Positions 25,943-35,528 are shown, numbered from the stretch's first letter. The stretch is DNA of 42,922 nt from a virus (IMGVR_UViG_3300037589_000110:1-42922); one strand, 5' to 3'. The notes: generated by a model not told the origin, from the sequence alone. Made by a program: numbers and translations.

Positions 25943-25948
25943 TAGGCA

Positions 25949-26623
25949 ATGTTTGTACCGATTATTGGTGGTGCTCCACCGGCTCCCGAACTCCAGTTCA
26001 GAACGATGGAGCATTGGGATCCGCAGGGATACGGGACGCCAATTACGATGCCCGCCGTTCCTCTTGGTGAGGCGAGCGCTTCCCGGTTGGTGGTTCTGTG
26101 TAATGTTCAGTACTCCTACTCGAGTAACTCTAACCCATTTTCCGCGACTGTAGGTGGCGTGGCACTGTCAGCGCACCCCAGCAACGACCCGAACGGAAAG
26201 GGTGTATGCCATATGCTGTATGGGCTGGTACCGAGTGGAACATCACAGGATATTGTGCTCAATTATGCAACCACTGGCTATTACAACAGTGGTTTGGTGG
26301 CAGTCTATACGATACACGGCGTCACAGACCCCACACCCTTTGACACCGGATATCTCTTCAATCCCGGGGCAACCGGTATCGATCTGGACACGCCTGAGAA
26401 CGGCGCGACGATCGTATTTGCGCATCGATACAATGGTAGCGACCCCGCCCTGGCTGAAGCGCACGGCAGCGTTCAGGACTTTAACCAGAAATACGACACC
26501 GGCTATCAGTTCCATGGCAAAGGTTGGAGCGCCGTCGAACAATCGGCCGGTGTCAAGAATTATGTGCTCAGCCCAGCGACTGGGTATACCAATTCCTGTC
26601 TTATGGGCGCGTGCTGGGGCTAA
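25949..26623 (+). CDS. Putative fibre tip / receptor-binding virion protein
   Basis: Beta-rich Gly/Thr/Tyr/Ser composition; follows the fibre genes. Confidence 0.5.
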   Translation: MFVPIIGGAPPAPELQFRTMEHWDPQGYGTPITMPAVPLGEASASRLVVLCNVQYSYSSNSNPFSATVGGVALSAHPSNDPNGKGVCHMLYGLVPSGTSQDIVLNYATTGYYNSGLVAVYTIHGVTDPTPFDTGYLFNPGATGIDLDTPENGATIVFAHRYNGSDPALAEAHGSVQDFNQKYDTGYQFHGKGWSAVEQSAGVKNYVLSPATGYTNSCLMGACWG

Positions 26624-26629
26624 GAGGCC

Positions 26630-27187
26630 ATGACTGTTCTTTCTATCGATGACAAGGAATGGCGGCAATTGGCGCTGGCCTACGGGGATATCGGGTCGGG
26701 CAAGCTCAAGACCGGGTTACGCCGGGGTATCAACCAAGCGGGCAACAAGGGACGTACACCAGCCGTGCGTGCCACAGCGGCCCATGCTGACGTTCCGCAG
26801 AAGCTGGTGCGCAGCGCGCTATCAACATATCCGGCACGCGGCAGCAAGCTAAGCTACCGGGTAACTGTTCGGGCGAAACATTTGAAGCTGATCGATCTGG
26901 GTGGCGCCCGCCAGACAGGTTCCGGCGTGAGCGTTCGCCGATGGGGAGCTCACAAGGGCGCGTTCCTTGCGACGATGCGCTCAGGGCACACAGGTATTTT
27001 CAGACGCGTCTCCAAGAAGCGACTGCCCATTGCGGAGCTCTATGGCCCCAACGTGGCCAAGTCGTTCGACAAGGAAGGGGCGAAAGTTTTCCTTGAAACT
27101 GCTGGTCAAGTGCTTGTGCCATTCATCTACAAGCGCCTCGACGGTGTCGTTGCACAGGCTGGCAGGCGACGAGGCGTGCTGCGATAG
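26630..27187 (+). CDS. Lambda gpZ-like minor tail protein
   Basis: R.IN......RT...; AF.A.M.SGH.G.F.R..K.RLPI.EL.GP motif. Confidence 0.75.
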   Translation: MTVLSIDDKEWRQLALAYGDIGSGKLKTGLRRGINQAGNKGRTPAVRATAAHADVPQKLVRSALSTYPARGSKLSYRVTVRAKHLKLIDLGGARQTGSGVSVRRWGAHKGAFLATMRSGHTGIFRRVSKKRLPIAELYGPNVAKSFDKEGAKVFLETAGQVLVPFIYKRLDGVVAQAGRRRGVLR

Positions 27188-27246
27188 CCCTCTCCTGTCC
27201 GGATGTATCAGCGACCAAAGAGATGGATTGAGGCGGAGTCAAAAAA

Positions 27247-27292
27247 GGGACCGCTAAGCCATTCCAGCGCTTGCGGGGGGCGCTGCCTCGCG
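27247..27292 (+). other. Lambda-like cos site (cosQ-like and cosN-like)
   Basis: GGGACCG-N23-GGGGCGCTGCCT-CGCG has the same spacing as lambda GGGTCCT-N23-GGGCGGCGACCT-CGCG (recalled); lies upstream of a GpA-type terminase. Confidence 0.7.
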
Positions 27293-27365
27293 ATTCTTGC
27301 GGCGCGCCGGGATTTTACAGGGGGGTGGAGAAGGAATAAAACGTAACGATTACAGTGAGTTAGAA

Positions 27366-28706
27366 ATGGTCGAGACGGCATCAAAAACACCCACCAAGCC
27401 CAAGCGCGGACGTGGCAAGTCAAAACTGACCCTGCCGAAAGAGTGGGCCAGCTCTGAAATCGTACCCCAGAAGGTAGATGACCTTCTGCCATACGCACGA
27501 AACGCACGAACCCACAGCAAGGCCCAGATTGAAAAACTGGCCAGTGGGATGCGCGAATTCGGGTTCACCAACCCTGTCATCTGCGATGAAAATGGCATGA
27601 TTATCGCCGGGCACGGTCGGGTTGAAGCAGCGAAAAAGCTCGGTCTTGAAGCTGTCCCGACGCTGATTGCCAGAGGCTGGTCAGAAGCAAAGAAGCGGGC
27701 TTATGTACTGGCTGACAACAGACTCGCACTAGACGCTGGCTGGGATGATGAGATGCTCTCGGCCGAGCTTGCAGAGCTTGCCAATAGCGACTTTGACATG
27801 GCGCTTACTGGCTTCGATGAGCGTGAGCTCACCAAGATTCTTGCGGACGGGCTGAAGAACGAAAACGAGGACGGCGTCCCTGAAAAACCGCAACAAGATT
27901 ATACGGTCAGTCGGCCGGGAGATATCTGGTGCCTGGGGGCTCATCGGCTCATCATTGGAAGCTGCACGCATGAGCAGACTGTAAAGACTTTGCTCGCTGG
28001 TGTGGTACCGGGGCTCATGGTTACAGACCCGCCATATGGAGTAAATTACGATCCCGAGTGGCGGAACAAAGCGCTTGGAGAAGCTAAACGCTCCACTGGC
28101 AAAGTCCAGAACGACGATCAAGCGGATTGGTCAGAAGCTTGGGCTCTGTTTCAAGGCTCGGTGGCTTACGTCTGGCACGCTGGGTTGTTTTCTCACGTGG
28201 TGCGCGAGTCACTAACGAGTACCGGCTTCGAGATGCGTGCGCAGATCATATGGAGAAAGCCGCATTTCGTGATCAGTCGTGGCGCGTACCACAGCCAGCA
28301 CGAGCCATGCTGGTATGCTGTCCGGAAGGGCAAGAACGCTGATTGGCGTGGCGCGCGCGATCAGTCAACCGTCTGGGACATCGGGAACGCAGGATTCGGT
28401 AAGACCAACGACACTGGCGAGGACGAGAAAACCATCCACGGAACTCAGAAACCTGTCGAGGTCTATCGCCGCTCCATCCTGAACCACACAAGCGAAGGTC
28501 AGGCGGTTTATGACCCATTCTCCGGTTCAGGAACGCTGTTCGTTGCGTGCGAGGTCACGGGTCGAGTGGCCTATGGCTGCGAAATCGATACCGGTTACGG
28601 CGACGTCATTGTGGAACGATGGCAGAACCTGACCGGTGAAACGGCAACGCTGCTTGAGAGCGGCAAAACTTTCGAGGAAGCTCGCAAGACACGCAAGTCC
28701 AGCTGA
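27366..28706 (+). CDS. ParB-like N-terminal domain fused to an N6A/N4C DNA methyltransferase
   Basis: PYARNARTH, FGFTNP, IIAGHGR, LADNRL; TDPPY, HGTQKP, DPFSGSGT. Confidence 0.92.
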   Translation: MVETASKTPTKPKRGRGKSKLTLPKEWASSEIVPQKVDDLLPYARNARTHSKAQIEKLASGMREFGFTNPVICDENGMIIAGHGRVEAAKKLGLEAVPTLIARGWSEAKKRAYVLADNRLALDAGWDDEMLSAELAELANSDFDMALTGFDERELTKILADGLKNENEDGVPEKPQQDYTVSRPGDIWCLGAHRLIIGSCTHEQTVKTLLAGVVPGLMVTDPPYGVNYDPEWRNKALGEAKRSTGKVQNDDQADWSEAWALFQGSVAYVWHAGLFSHVVRESLTSTGFEMRAQIIWRKPHFVISRGAYHSQHEPCWYAVRKGKNADWRGARDQSTVWDIGNAGFGKTNDTGEDEKTIHGTQKPVEVYRRSILNHTSEGQAVYDPFSGSGTLFVACEVTGRVAYGCEIDTGYGDVIVERWQNLTGETATLLESGKTFEEARKTRKSS

Positions 28707-28726
28707 CCGTGCTTGCATGGTAGGCG

Positions 28727-29317
28727 ATGGCTGACGGTCAAAAAACCACCGGCGCGATGACCGCCGAGCAGCTAATGAACCTGTTTGGAATCGAGAAAAC
28801 AGCGTTCTACGAGCTTGGCCGGAAAGGTATCGCAGAGAAGGTCGGTCGAGGCCTCTACAACGGCCCTAGGACCATCAGGAACTACATTGTCCACCTTCGG
28901 AACATGGCGTCTGGCCGCCAGAACGAGGACGGAATTGATGTTGTTGAACAGGGGGCGCGGCTCAAGAAAGCGCAGGCTGACAAAACCGAATATCAGTTGG
29001 CCATTCTAAAGGGCGAATACATTCTGGCTACTGATATCGCGCCGGCATTGGAGACAATTGCTCGAGCTACCCAGTCTGCTCTTCTTGGTACAACGGCAAC
29101 CGCTGCCAAAGATCTCGGGCTCGACCGCTCTCAGACCTCGCGCCTTGATGAGATCATACGCGAAGCTCTTGAGAACCTTGCCAATGAAGGGGCGCGAATT
29201 GAAGCAAAAGCTCGGAGTAAAGCCAGCGGCCAACCGACTCCACCGGCTCAGCCGGAATTGGAACTAGACGAGCCGGAAGCGACCCCGCAGGCAACACTGT
29301 TTGATACCGAAGACTGA
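28727..29317 (+). CDS. Terminase small subunit (Nu1-like)
   Basis: N-terminal wHTH, coiled coil ARLKKAQAD......G; TGATG-coupled to the large subunit. Confidence 0.8.
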   Translation: MADGQKTTGAMTAEQLMNLFGIEKTAFYELGRKGIAEKVGRGLYNGPRTIRNYIVHLRNMASGRQNEDGIDVVEQGARLKKAQADKTEYQLAILKGEYILATDIAPALETIARATQSALLGTTATAAKDLGLDRSQTSRLDEIIREALENLANEGARIEAKARSKASGQPTPPAQPELELDEPEATPQATLFDTED

Positions 29318-32220
29318 TGCAGCTTGAGCAACTGATCGGTCGGACCTTGCAGGCATTCCGACCACCGCCAATGCTGCAGGCAGCAGAATGGGCAAAAGAA
29401 TTCTTTCGGTTGCCACCGGAGTCACCTTTTCCGGGTAAGTACAAACCCTGGCCGATGATGATCGAACCTATCAATGTGATAGGCGATACCATCACCGAGC
29501 GTGTCACTTTGATGAAAGGTGCACGTCTCGGTTATGCGTTGGACCTGAACACGCCTATTCCAACCCGGAGAGGTTGGACCACTATGGGCGAGGTGCAGCC
29601 AGGCGATGAGCTCTTTGATGAAAAGGGCAACGTCTGCAAGGTCAACTTTTGCTCGCCAGTGTTTCAAGATCACGATTGCTATGAAATTACTTTCTGTGAT
29701 GGAAGCAAGATCGTAGCCGATGGAAATCATCGATGGTTTGTAAACACTGACAAATCGCTTCAGTATCATCGCAATGGTGGGTATTCCCGAACTCGTGAGG
29801 GGAAACAAAAATCCGGTGTAGTCAGCACGCAGGAGCTCTTCGTCTGGCACAATCGGGAAAAACGGAATCGATTCTCTATTCCTGTTACAAGCCCGCTTGA
29901 GCTACCCGAAGCGGACTTACCGATTCCACCATATACTTTGGGGCTTTGGTTGGGCGATGGACACAGCGCAACTCCTCGGATCACACAACATGCGTCCGAT
30001 GTAGAAACGGCGGATTATATAAGAGCCGAGGGTATCAAGGTAGAAGTGCTTGCAGACGATAAGCGCTATCCTAACAACCGGACGCTTCGTCTAGAACGCA
30101 GGGGAAAGTTAGGTTACTCGGCCCTCAGCCCAATCCTGCGTTCACTAGGTTTGCTACGTACCGATAAGGGTTGTTCGGCACTCAAACGCGCGCCCGATAT
30201 ATACCTTAGAGGTTCGCAAGATCAGCGACTTGCACTGCTTCGCGGACTTATGGATTCTGACGGAACCATTGAACGCACCTGTAGCAGAGCAGAGTTCAAT
30301 AGTACTTCAAAAGTGCTTTGCCAGCAGGTACGAGAGCTTCTGTCCAGTTTTGGGATCAAGTCGTCCATTCGGATGCGAGTTCCCAAAAAGAAGCACCATC
30401 TCCGACAATGGAGGGTGAACTTTCGCGCCAACAGCGAATTGAACCCTTTCTTGCTTCGAAGGAAACGGGCTTTGGTCAAACCCGTTCAGAAGCCAGGCAT
30501 TACCTACAGAAGGCGAATTGTTGGCGTCAGAAAAGTGGCGACAAGGCCGGTACGTTGTATTCAAGTCGATAGTCCTTCAAGCTTGTTCTTGGCTGGTGAG
30601 TGTATGATACCTACACATAACACCAAGGCACTCGCCGCCACGATCGGAATGGTGGCCAAGACGCGGCCCTGCCCCATCATCGTCTTGCTTCCACGAGACG
30701 CAGATGCGGTACGTTTTGCAACCGAGGAAATTGCTAGCTGTTTTGCGGCATCGCCTCAGCTGACTGGCATCTTGAAAGATAGCCGGGAAGACGGGCGGAC
30801 CACTCAGACGATCAAGACCTTTCCCGGTGGGTCTCTCAAGATGTTGGCTGCACGTTCGCCTGATAACCTGCGGGCGCACGATGCCAAATATATCTATTTT
30901 GATGAGGTCGATGCCTTCGAAATGACCGATGAAGGTGACCCGGTACAGCTGGGAATCACCCGAACGGTTGCGCACTACGACCGCAAGATCGTCATGGGTT
31001 CGACACCGACGATCGAGGGTCGGTCGATAATTGAGGAGCATTACCTCAAGTCGGATCGTCGCATATTCGAGGTGCCTTGCCTGCACTGCGGCACCTATTT
31101 TGAGCTGCTGTGGCATAATATTGTATGGGCTACCGGTGACCCGAAATCAGCGGTGTGCGAATGCCCATCCTGCTCGAAGACAATCGACGAGCGCCACAAA
31201 CGAGAAATGGCAGAGGCGGGTGTCTGGCATACGCAAGCGCCGGACGTCATTGGTCACGCTGGCTTCAAACTTAATGCGCTGGTCTCGCCGCTTCCGAACG
31301 CGGCGTGGTCGACACTGGCTGCTGAGTACATTGAAGCGAAGCACGCTGGGCCAACAAAGCTGATGACCTTTGTGAACACGGTCGAAGGAAGGCCATGGCG
31401 GGAAACGTCAGGGCCGGTAGCCACAGCCCAAGGCCTGCTTGACCGTCGAGAGGATTACATTCCTAACCCTCTTTCCGACCCGTTACCCGAGCGGGTGCTG
31501 CTGGTTTCAGCCGGCATCGACTTTCAGCCTGACCGTTGGGAGGGCATCCATCTTGGTGTTGGTGAAGGTGAAGAGACGTGGGAGCTTGACTACCAGATCC
31601 ACCACGGCGCGCCCTCAGACCCGAATTACTGGCAGACGCTGCAGGATTTTATCGAGCGCACCTATAACCATCCACTAGGCGGTGTGTTTCCGGTTGAAGC
31701 GGCGGCGCTGGATTCAGGCGATAATTCCACCGTGGTATACGAGTTCGTCAATCGCATGCGTCAGGCTGGCAAGGATTATGTGCATGCGGTCAAGGGTGTT
31801 GCTGGTGAAGGTCGCCCACTATGGCAACGCTCATTGAGCAAGAAATCAATTGCGTCGCGGATGGGAACGAAACTGGAGCTCATCGGCGTCGATGACGCGA
31901 AAACGCTTATCTATGAACGAGTAGCGAAGTCGGAAGTCTCACCAGGCTTCATGCACTTTCGTAACAAGCGTCTTGAGTTCTACGAGCAGCTGCTCGGCGA
32001 AACCGTCATCACCAAGGTCACAAAAGGCCGCCCTAAACGTGAATGGGTACCGCTGAAAAACAAAAGGCATGAGGTGTTGGACTGCTACGTCTATGCCCTC
32101 GCCGCCCGTCACTCACTTTCGGTTGACTGGGATGCCAGACGCGAGCGTGCATCGATCGAGCATTTTGATGCGGTGGCACTGGACCCGGCAGCGATTGCCA
32201 GAAACTTGAGAGGTTACTGA
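29317..32220 (+). CDS. Terminase large subunit (lambda GpA family) containing an intein
   Basis: MKGARLGY|TK Walker A, DEVD, STPT, CLHC/CPSC, GIDFQ, DSG, HE.LDC.VYA. Confidence 0.95.
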   Translation: MQLEQLIGRTLQAFRPPPMLQAAEWAKEFFRLPPESPFPGKYKPWPMMIEPINVIGDTITERVTLMKGARLGYALDLNTPIPTRRGWTTMGEVQPGDELFDEKGNVCKVNFCSPVFQDHDCYEITFCDGSKIVADGNHRWFVNTDKSLQYHRNGGYSRTREGKQKSGVVSTQELFVWHNREKRNRFSIPVTSPLELPEADLPIPPYTLGLWLGDGHSATPRITQHASDVETADYIRAEGIKVEVLADDKRYPNNRTLRLERRGKLGYSALSPILRSLGLLRTDKGCSALKRAPDIYLRGSQDQRLALLRGLMDSDGTIERTCSRAEFNSTSKVLCQQVRELLSSFGIKSSIRMRVPKKKHHLRQWRVNFRANSELNPFLLRRKRALVKPVQKPGITYRRRIVGVRKVATRPVRCIQVDSPSSLFLAGECMIPTHNTKALAATIGMVAKTRPCPIIVLLPRDADAVRFATEEIASCFAASPQLTGILKDSREDGRTTQTIKTFPGGSLKMLAARSPDNLRAHDAKYIYFDEVDAFEMTDEGDPVQLGITRTVAHYDRKIVMGSTPTIEGRSIIEEHYLKSDRRIFEVPCLHCGTYFELLWHNIVWATGDPKSAVCECPSCSKTIDERHKREMAEAGVWHTQAPDVIGHAGFKLNALVSPLPNAAWSTLAAEYIEAKHAGPTKLMTFVNTVEGRPWRETSGPVATAQGLLDRREDYIPNPLSDPLPERVLLVSAGIDFQPDRWEGIHLGVGEGEETWELDYQIHHGAPSDPNYWQTLQDFIERTYNHPLGGVFPVEAAALDSGDNSTVVYEFVNRMRQAGKDYVHAVKGVAGEGRPLWQRSLSKKSIASRMGTKLELIGVDDAKTLIYERVAKSEVSPGFMHFRNKRLEFYEQLLGETVITKVTKGRPKREWVPLKNKRHEVLDCYVYALAARHSLSVDWDARRERASIEHFDAVALDPAAIARNLRGY
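29536..30621 (+). mobile_element. Intein (362 aa, Ala start, class 3 WCT signature) with LAGLIDADG homing endonuclease
   Basis: Starts ALDLNTPIPT; block B ADGNHRW; block F VRCIQV; ends IPTHN|T; endonuclease motifs LGLWLGDG and LRGLMDSDG. Confidence 0.93.
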
Positions 32221-32222
32221 CC

Positions 32223-32495
32223 ATGGCCGATAACGGCAATGAGGAAAACCCGGCCGCAGTCGATTGCGAGACCGAGCTGCGGAAACTTTATGACGCGATG
32301 ATGCTCAAGCTGCAGGGTCGAAATCGCACCAAAGCTCGCTATGAGGATCAGGAATCCGAATACGGCTCTGTTCGCATGGCCGATCTCGAGGGAATGTATC
32401 GTGCTTGGTACAATCAATGCGGTGCGCAGTCCGGTCTTCCAGATATCACGAACAAGCAGCTTCGTGGTGGTCCCGCTCACGTTAAGCTCGGTTAA
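32223..32495 (+). CDS. gpW-like head-tail joining protein
   Basis: Small ORF between terminase and portal; L..G.......Y......Y....L pattern. Confidence 0.65.
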   Translation: MADNGNEENPAAVDCETELRKLYDAMMLKLQGRNRTKARYEDQESEYGSVRMADLEGMYRAWYNQCGAQSGLPDITNKQLRGGPAHVKLG

Positions 32496-32500
32496 CATTC

Positions 32501-34210
32501 ATGGAAAAACCTCGTGTAAGAGTGCCTGCGGGCAGCCGCCAGATTGAAGCCGCGGGCGATGCCATGTCCATGAAAATCGCCGCTTATGGTGGTGGCGGAC
32601 ACACAGCTTATGAGGCTGGCGCATTTGCGAGCCGATACATGGGTCTCTGGCAACCGCCGCTGGTATCGGCCGACGTCGCAACCCTGCCCAACATCGACAA
32701 CGTCAGCGCGCGAGCGTTCGACAGCATCCGCAATGACCCGTATCTGTCGAACGTGGTGCGGATTGCCCGAGACAGCATCATTGGCAATGGCTTCCGACTT
32801 CGGCTCCACCCAGACCACCAGTATCTGGGCATCAGTTATCAGGAGGCTACGGACTGGGCCCGCAAGGCGCAGGCGCATTTCCGGGTCCATGCCGAGAGCC
32901 CGCTTGGTCGCTACTCCGATGCATTCCAACGCCAGACCTTCTCGCGAGCGATGCAGACGCAACTGGTGATGAAGATGGCTGCAGGTGAAGCGGTGGGGCT
33001 TGTACGTTCGAAAGCACGACGCGGCACCAGGACGCGGACCTGCATGCAGAAGATGGACCCTGCCCGAATTCGCAACCCCAGAGGGTACTCGGATGGCGAC
33101 CGGTTCCGCAAAGGCATAGAGCTCGATAATGACGGAATGCCAGTAGCAGTCCATTTCGCAAAGAGTCATCCGCAGGATTACGGGTTATCGGCAGGCGGTT
33201 ACGAAACCATCCGGGTTCCGCTAAGCGACCCCCGCGGACGAGCGATTGTGCTTCTATGCATGAACGCCAACCAGGTCGATCAGCACCGCGGGATATCGGA
33301 GCTGGTCACATCACTGGTTCCGTCTCGTATGCTTTCGGAGTTCAACCGGGTGCATCTCGAAAGTGCCATCGCCCAGTCAGTGTTCGCGGCCACCATCAAA
33401 TCGGACCTGAACTATGCAGACGCCATGAACATCATCGGCGCAGACAGAGTGAAAAACGTCTTGAACCGCAACCAAGGTCTTGATCCATCTGCGGCCATGC
33501 AGCTTTCATATCTGAGCTCAATGCAATCGTTCTATCGTGAGCGCGCCATGCAGCTTTCCGGCGCGCAGGTCCAGCACCTTGCGCCGCACGAAGAGCTCGA
33601 ACTGCATCGACCGGACACAGTGAACAACGGCGCCGACGTCTTCGAAGCTGCACACACACGCCGGATTGCGGCAGGATCCGGTTCACCGGTCCACAACATG
33701 ACGCAGAACTATCAGCAGCTGTCGTACGCTTCCGGCCGCATCGCCGAAACCAACGCTTGGCGCCATTTCGCCGTCGAGCGGGAACATCTTTCGGAAGATA
33801 TCGGCATGCCCTACGCCGCCGCCTTCTTTCAGGAAGAAATCCTGAACGGGCGACTGGCGATGCCTGGCGGAATGGAACCGGCGCAGTTCTACGAGTTCCG
33901 TGATGCACTCATCATCGGTGAATTCATGAGCTGGGGCAAACCAATCATTGATCCCGTAAAAGAGCGCAAAGGACAACAGCTTGCTCTTGAGATGGGTTCA
34001 ACCAGCCTCACACGCATTTGCGATGAAGAGGGTGTGGACCTCATGGACGTCATTCAGGAGCGTGCTTTCGAGCGTGATGCCTTCGAGGAAGCAGGTCTGC
34101 CTTATCCTACCGGAGCCAGTTTTTCAGTCACTCATGGTGAGAATGACGGGGACTCGGATGATCCGGATGAAGACGAACTCAAAGATGCCGGAGTGATCAA
34201 GAATGCCTAA
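32501..34210 (+). CDS. Portal protein, lambda family
   Basis: RA.D..RND, IIG.G, GIELD..G.P.A, Q.RGIS, SYAS.R, IDPVKE. Confidence 0.93.
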   Translation: MEKPRVRVPAGSRQIEAAGDAMSMKIAAYGGGGHTAYEAGAFASRYMGLWQPPLVSADVATLPNIDNVSARAFDSIRNDPYLSNVVRIARDSIIGNGFRLRLHPDHQYLGISYQEATDWARKAQAHFRVHAESPLGRYSDAFQRQTFSRAMQTQLVMKMAAGEAVGLVRSKARRGTRTRTCMQKMDPARIRNPRGYSDGDRFRKGIELDNDGMPVAVHFAKSHPQDYGLSAGGYETIRVPLSDPRGRAIVLLCMNANQVDQHRGISELVTSLVPSRMLSEFNRVHLESAIAQSVFAATIKSDLNYADAMNIIGADRVKNVLNRNQGLDPSAAMQLSYLSSMQSFYRERAMQLSGAQVQHLAPHEELELHRPDTVNNGADVFEAAHTRRIAAGSGSPVHNMTQNYQQLSYASGRIAETNAWRHFAVEREHLSEDIGMPYAAAFFQEEILNGRLAMPGGMEPAQFYEFRDALIIGEFMSWGKPIIDPVKERKGQQLALEMGSTSLTRICDEEGVDLMDVIQERAFERDAFEEAGLPYPTGASFSVTHGENDGDSDDPDEDELKDAGVIKNA

Positions 34211-35528
34211 AGCGCACATGAAACTAGCCCGTTGCGCTGGTCGAATATTCGACAGGCCGCTGCTGATGGAACCGGAAGAGGCCGAAAGCCTTGCTTATAC
34301 ATTCCTTGACCTGATTGCAGCGAAGGAAGATGGCGGGACTATCGAGACAGAGACCCCGCTACTCGAAGACCGCCCGCTATACGAAGTCGTCGGCAGCACA
34401 GCCATCATTCGATGCATCGGACCTCTGGTCCAGAGGCACGACTGGCTTGCCTCGTTTTGCGGCTTTGTTGCTTATGAAAGATTGAACACCCACATCGCTG
34501 CCGCAAAGGCAGACACTAACGTCAAGCGGGTGGTGATGGAATACGACACACCCGGTGGTGAAGTTAACGGCATCAAGGAAACCGCAGACGGTTTGTATGC
34601 GCTGGCACAGGAAAAAGAAGTCATTGCGGTGGTCAATGATCGCTGCTGCAGTTCCGGGTATTTCCTTGCCTCGCAATGCACTCGCATCGTGGTCTCGCCC
34701 ACCAGTCAGATCGGCAACATCGGGTGTATTCGAATGCACCGCGAATTTTCGGAAGCTGAAAAAATGGCCGGCGTGAAAACCACGCTTATCCATTATGGCC
34801 GCAAGAAGGTGTTCGGCAACAACTCTGAGCCGTTAAGCGAAGAGGCCACCGATTACATCCAAGCGTTTGTCGATACATACGGGGAACTGTTTGTCACCGC
34901 AGTCGGTCGAGGCCGCGGTCCGAAATTCAACGCAGACGCTGCACGCGAAAGTGAGGCAGCAACCTACGTTGGAGAAGATGCCGTCACTGCCGGCCTTGCC
35001 GACGAGATTGGCTATCTTGAAGAAACCTTGCGGTCGCCCGTGGGGGAATATCCATCGCCAGAAAACGATCAGGAGGATCCTATGGCAAACCAGAACAGCA
35101 AACCCACGCAGGGCGGTAACGAGAACAGCAACCCTGCTCAAACGCAAGCCCAAGAGCCTGCAATCGACGTCGAGGCCATCAAGCGCGAAGCACGCGCCGA
35201 AGGCGCCAAGGCCGAGCAGGACCGCCAGTCAGCCATCAAGGCGCTGGATGAGGCGAAAGACCGGCCCAAGCTCACCGAGACCCTTTGCGGCATGGCAGAC
35301 ATGACCGCCGAGATGGCAAAGCCAATTCTAGCAGGAGCCGCCGTCGAAACGCCAGCCAAGCCCGATGCCAATGCCCAAGCGGCCGCGGATCTGTCAACAC
35401 AGATGGATCAGAATGAGAACCTGGCTGGCAAGGTAGGCAGCGATGCTCCTGCCGCGACCGACACCGGTACCGGCAATGTCTCTTTTCTCGCTGATCGGCA
35501 GAGGAAACGCTACGGAATGACGTCGTAA
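34203..35528 (+). CDS. S49 head maturation protease (lambda gpC-like) with C-terminal scaffold
   Basis: DTPGGEV, SSGY.LAS, IG.IG, GLADEI. Confidence 0.92.
   Translation: MPKAHMKLARCAGRIFDRPLLMEPEEAESLAYTFLDLIAAKEDGGTIETETPLLEDRPLYEVVGSTAIIRCIGPLVQRHDWLASFCGFVAYERLNTHIAAAKADTNVKRVVMEYDTPGGEVNGIKETADGLYALAQEKEVIAVVNDRCCSSGYFLASQCTRIVVSPTSQIGNIGCIRMHREFSEAEKMAGVKTTLIHYGRKKVFGNNSEPLSEEATDYIQAFVDTYGELFVTAVGRGRGPKFNADAARESEAATYVGEDAVTAGLADEIGYLEETLRSPVGEYPSPENDQEDPMANQNSKPTQGGNENSNPAQTQAQEPAIDVEAIKREARAEGAKAEQDRQSAIKALDEAKDRPKLTETLCGMADMTAEMAKPILAGAAVETPAKPDANAQAAADLSTQMDQNENLAGKVGSDAPAATDTGTGNVSFLADRQRKRYGMTS
35082..35528 (+). CDS. Nu3-like scaffolding protein from an in-frame internal start
   Basis: AGGAGG (35071-35076) precedes an in-frame ATG at 35082, as in lambda C/Nu3. 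Confidence 0.7.
   Translation: MANQNSKPTQGGNENSNPAQTQAQEPAIDVEAIKREARAEGAKAEQDRQSAIKALDEAKDRPKLTETLCGMADMTAEMAKPILAGAAVETPAKPDANAQAAADLSTQMDQNENLAGKVGSDAPAATDTGTGNVSFLADRQRKRYGMTS

Noticed and set aside
24243-26623. Diversity-generating retroelement or invertible fibre cassette
   Set aside because: No reverse transcriptase, template/variable repeat pair or invertase noticed
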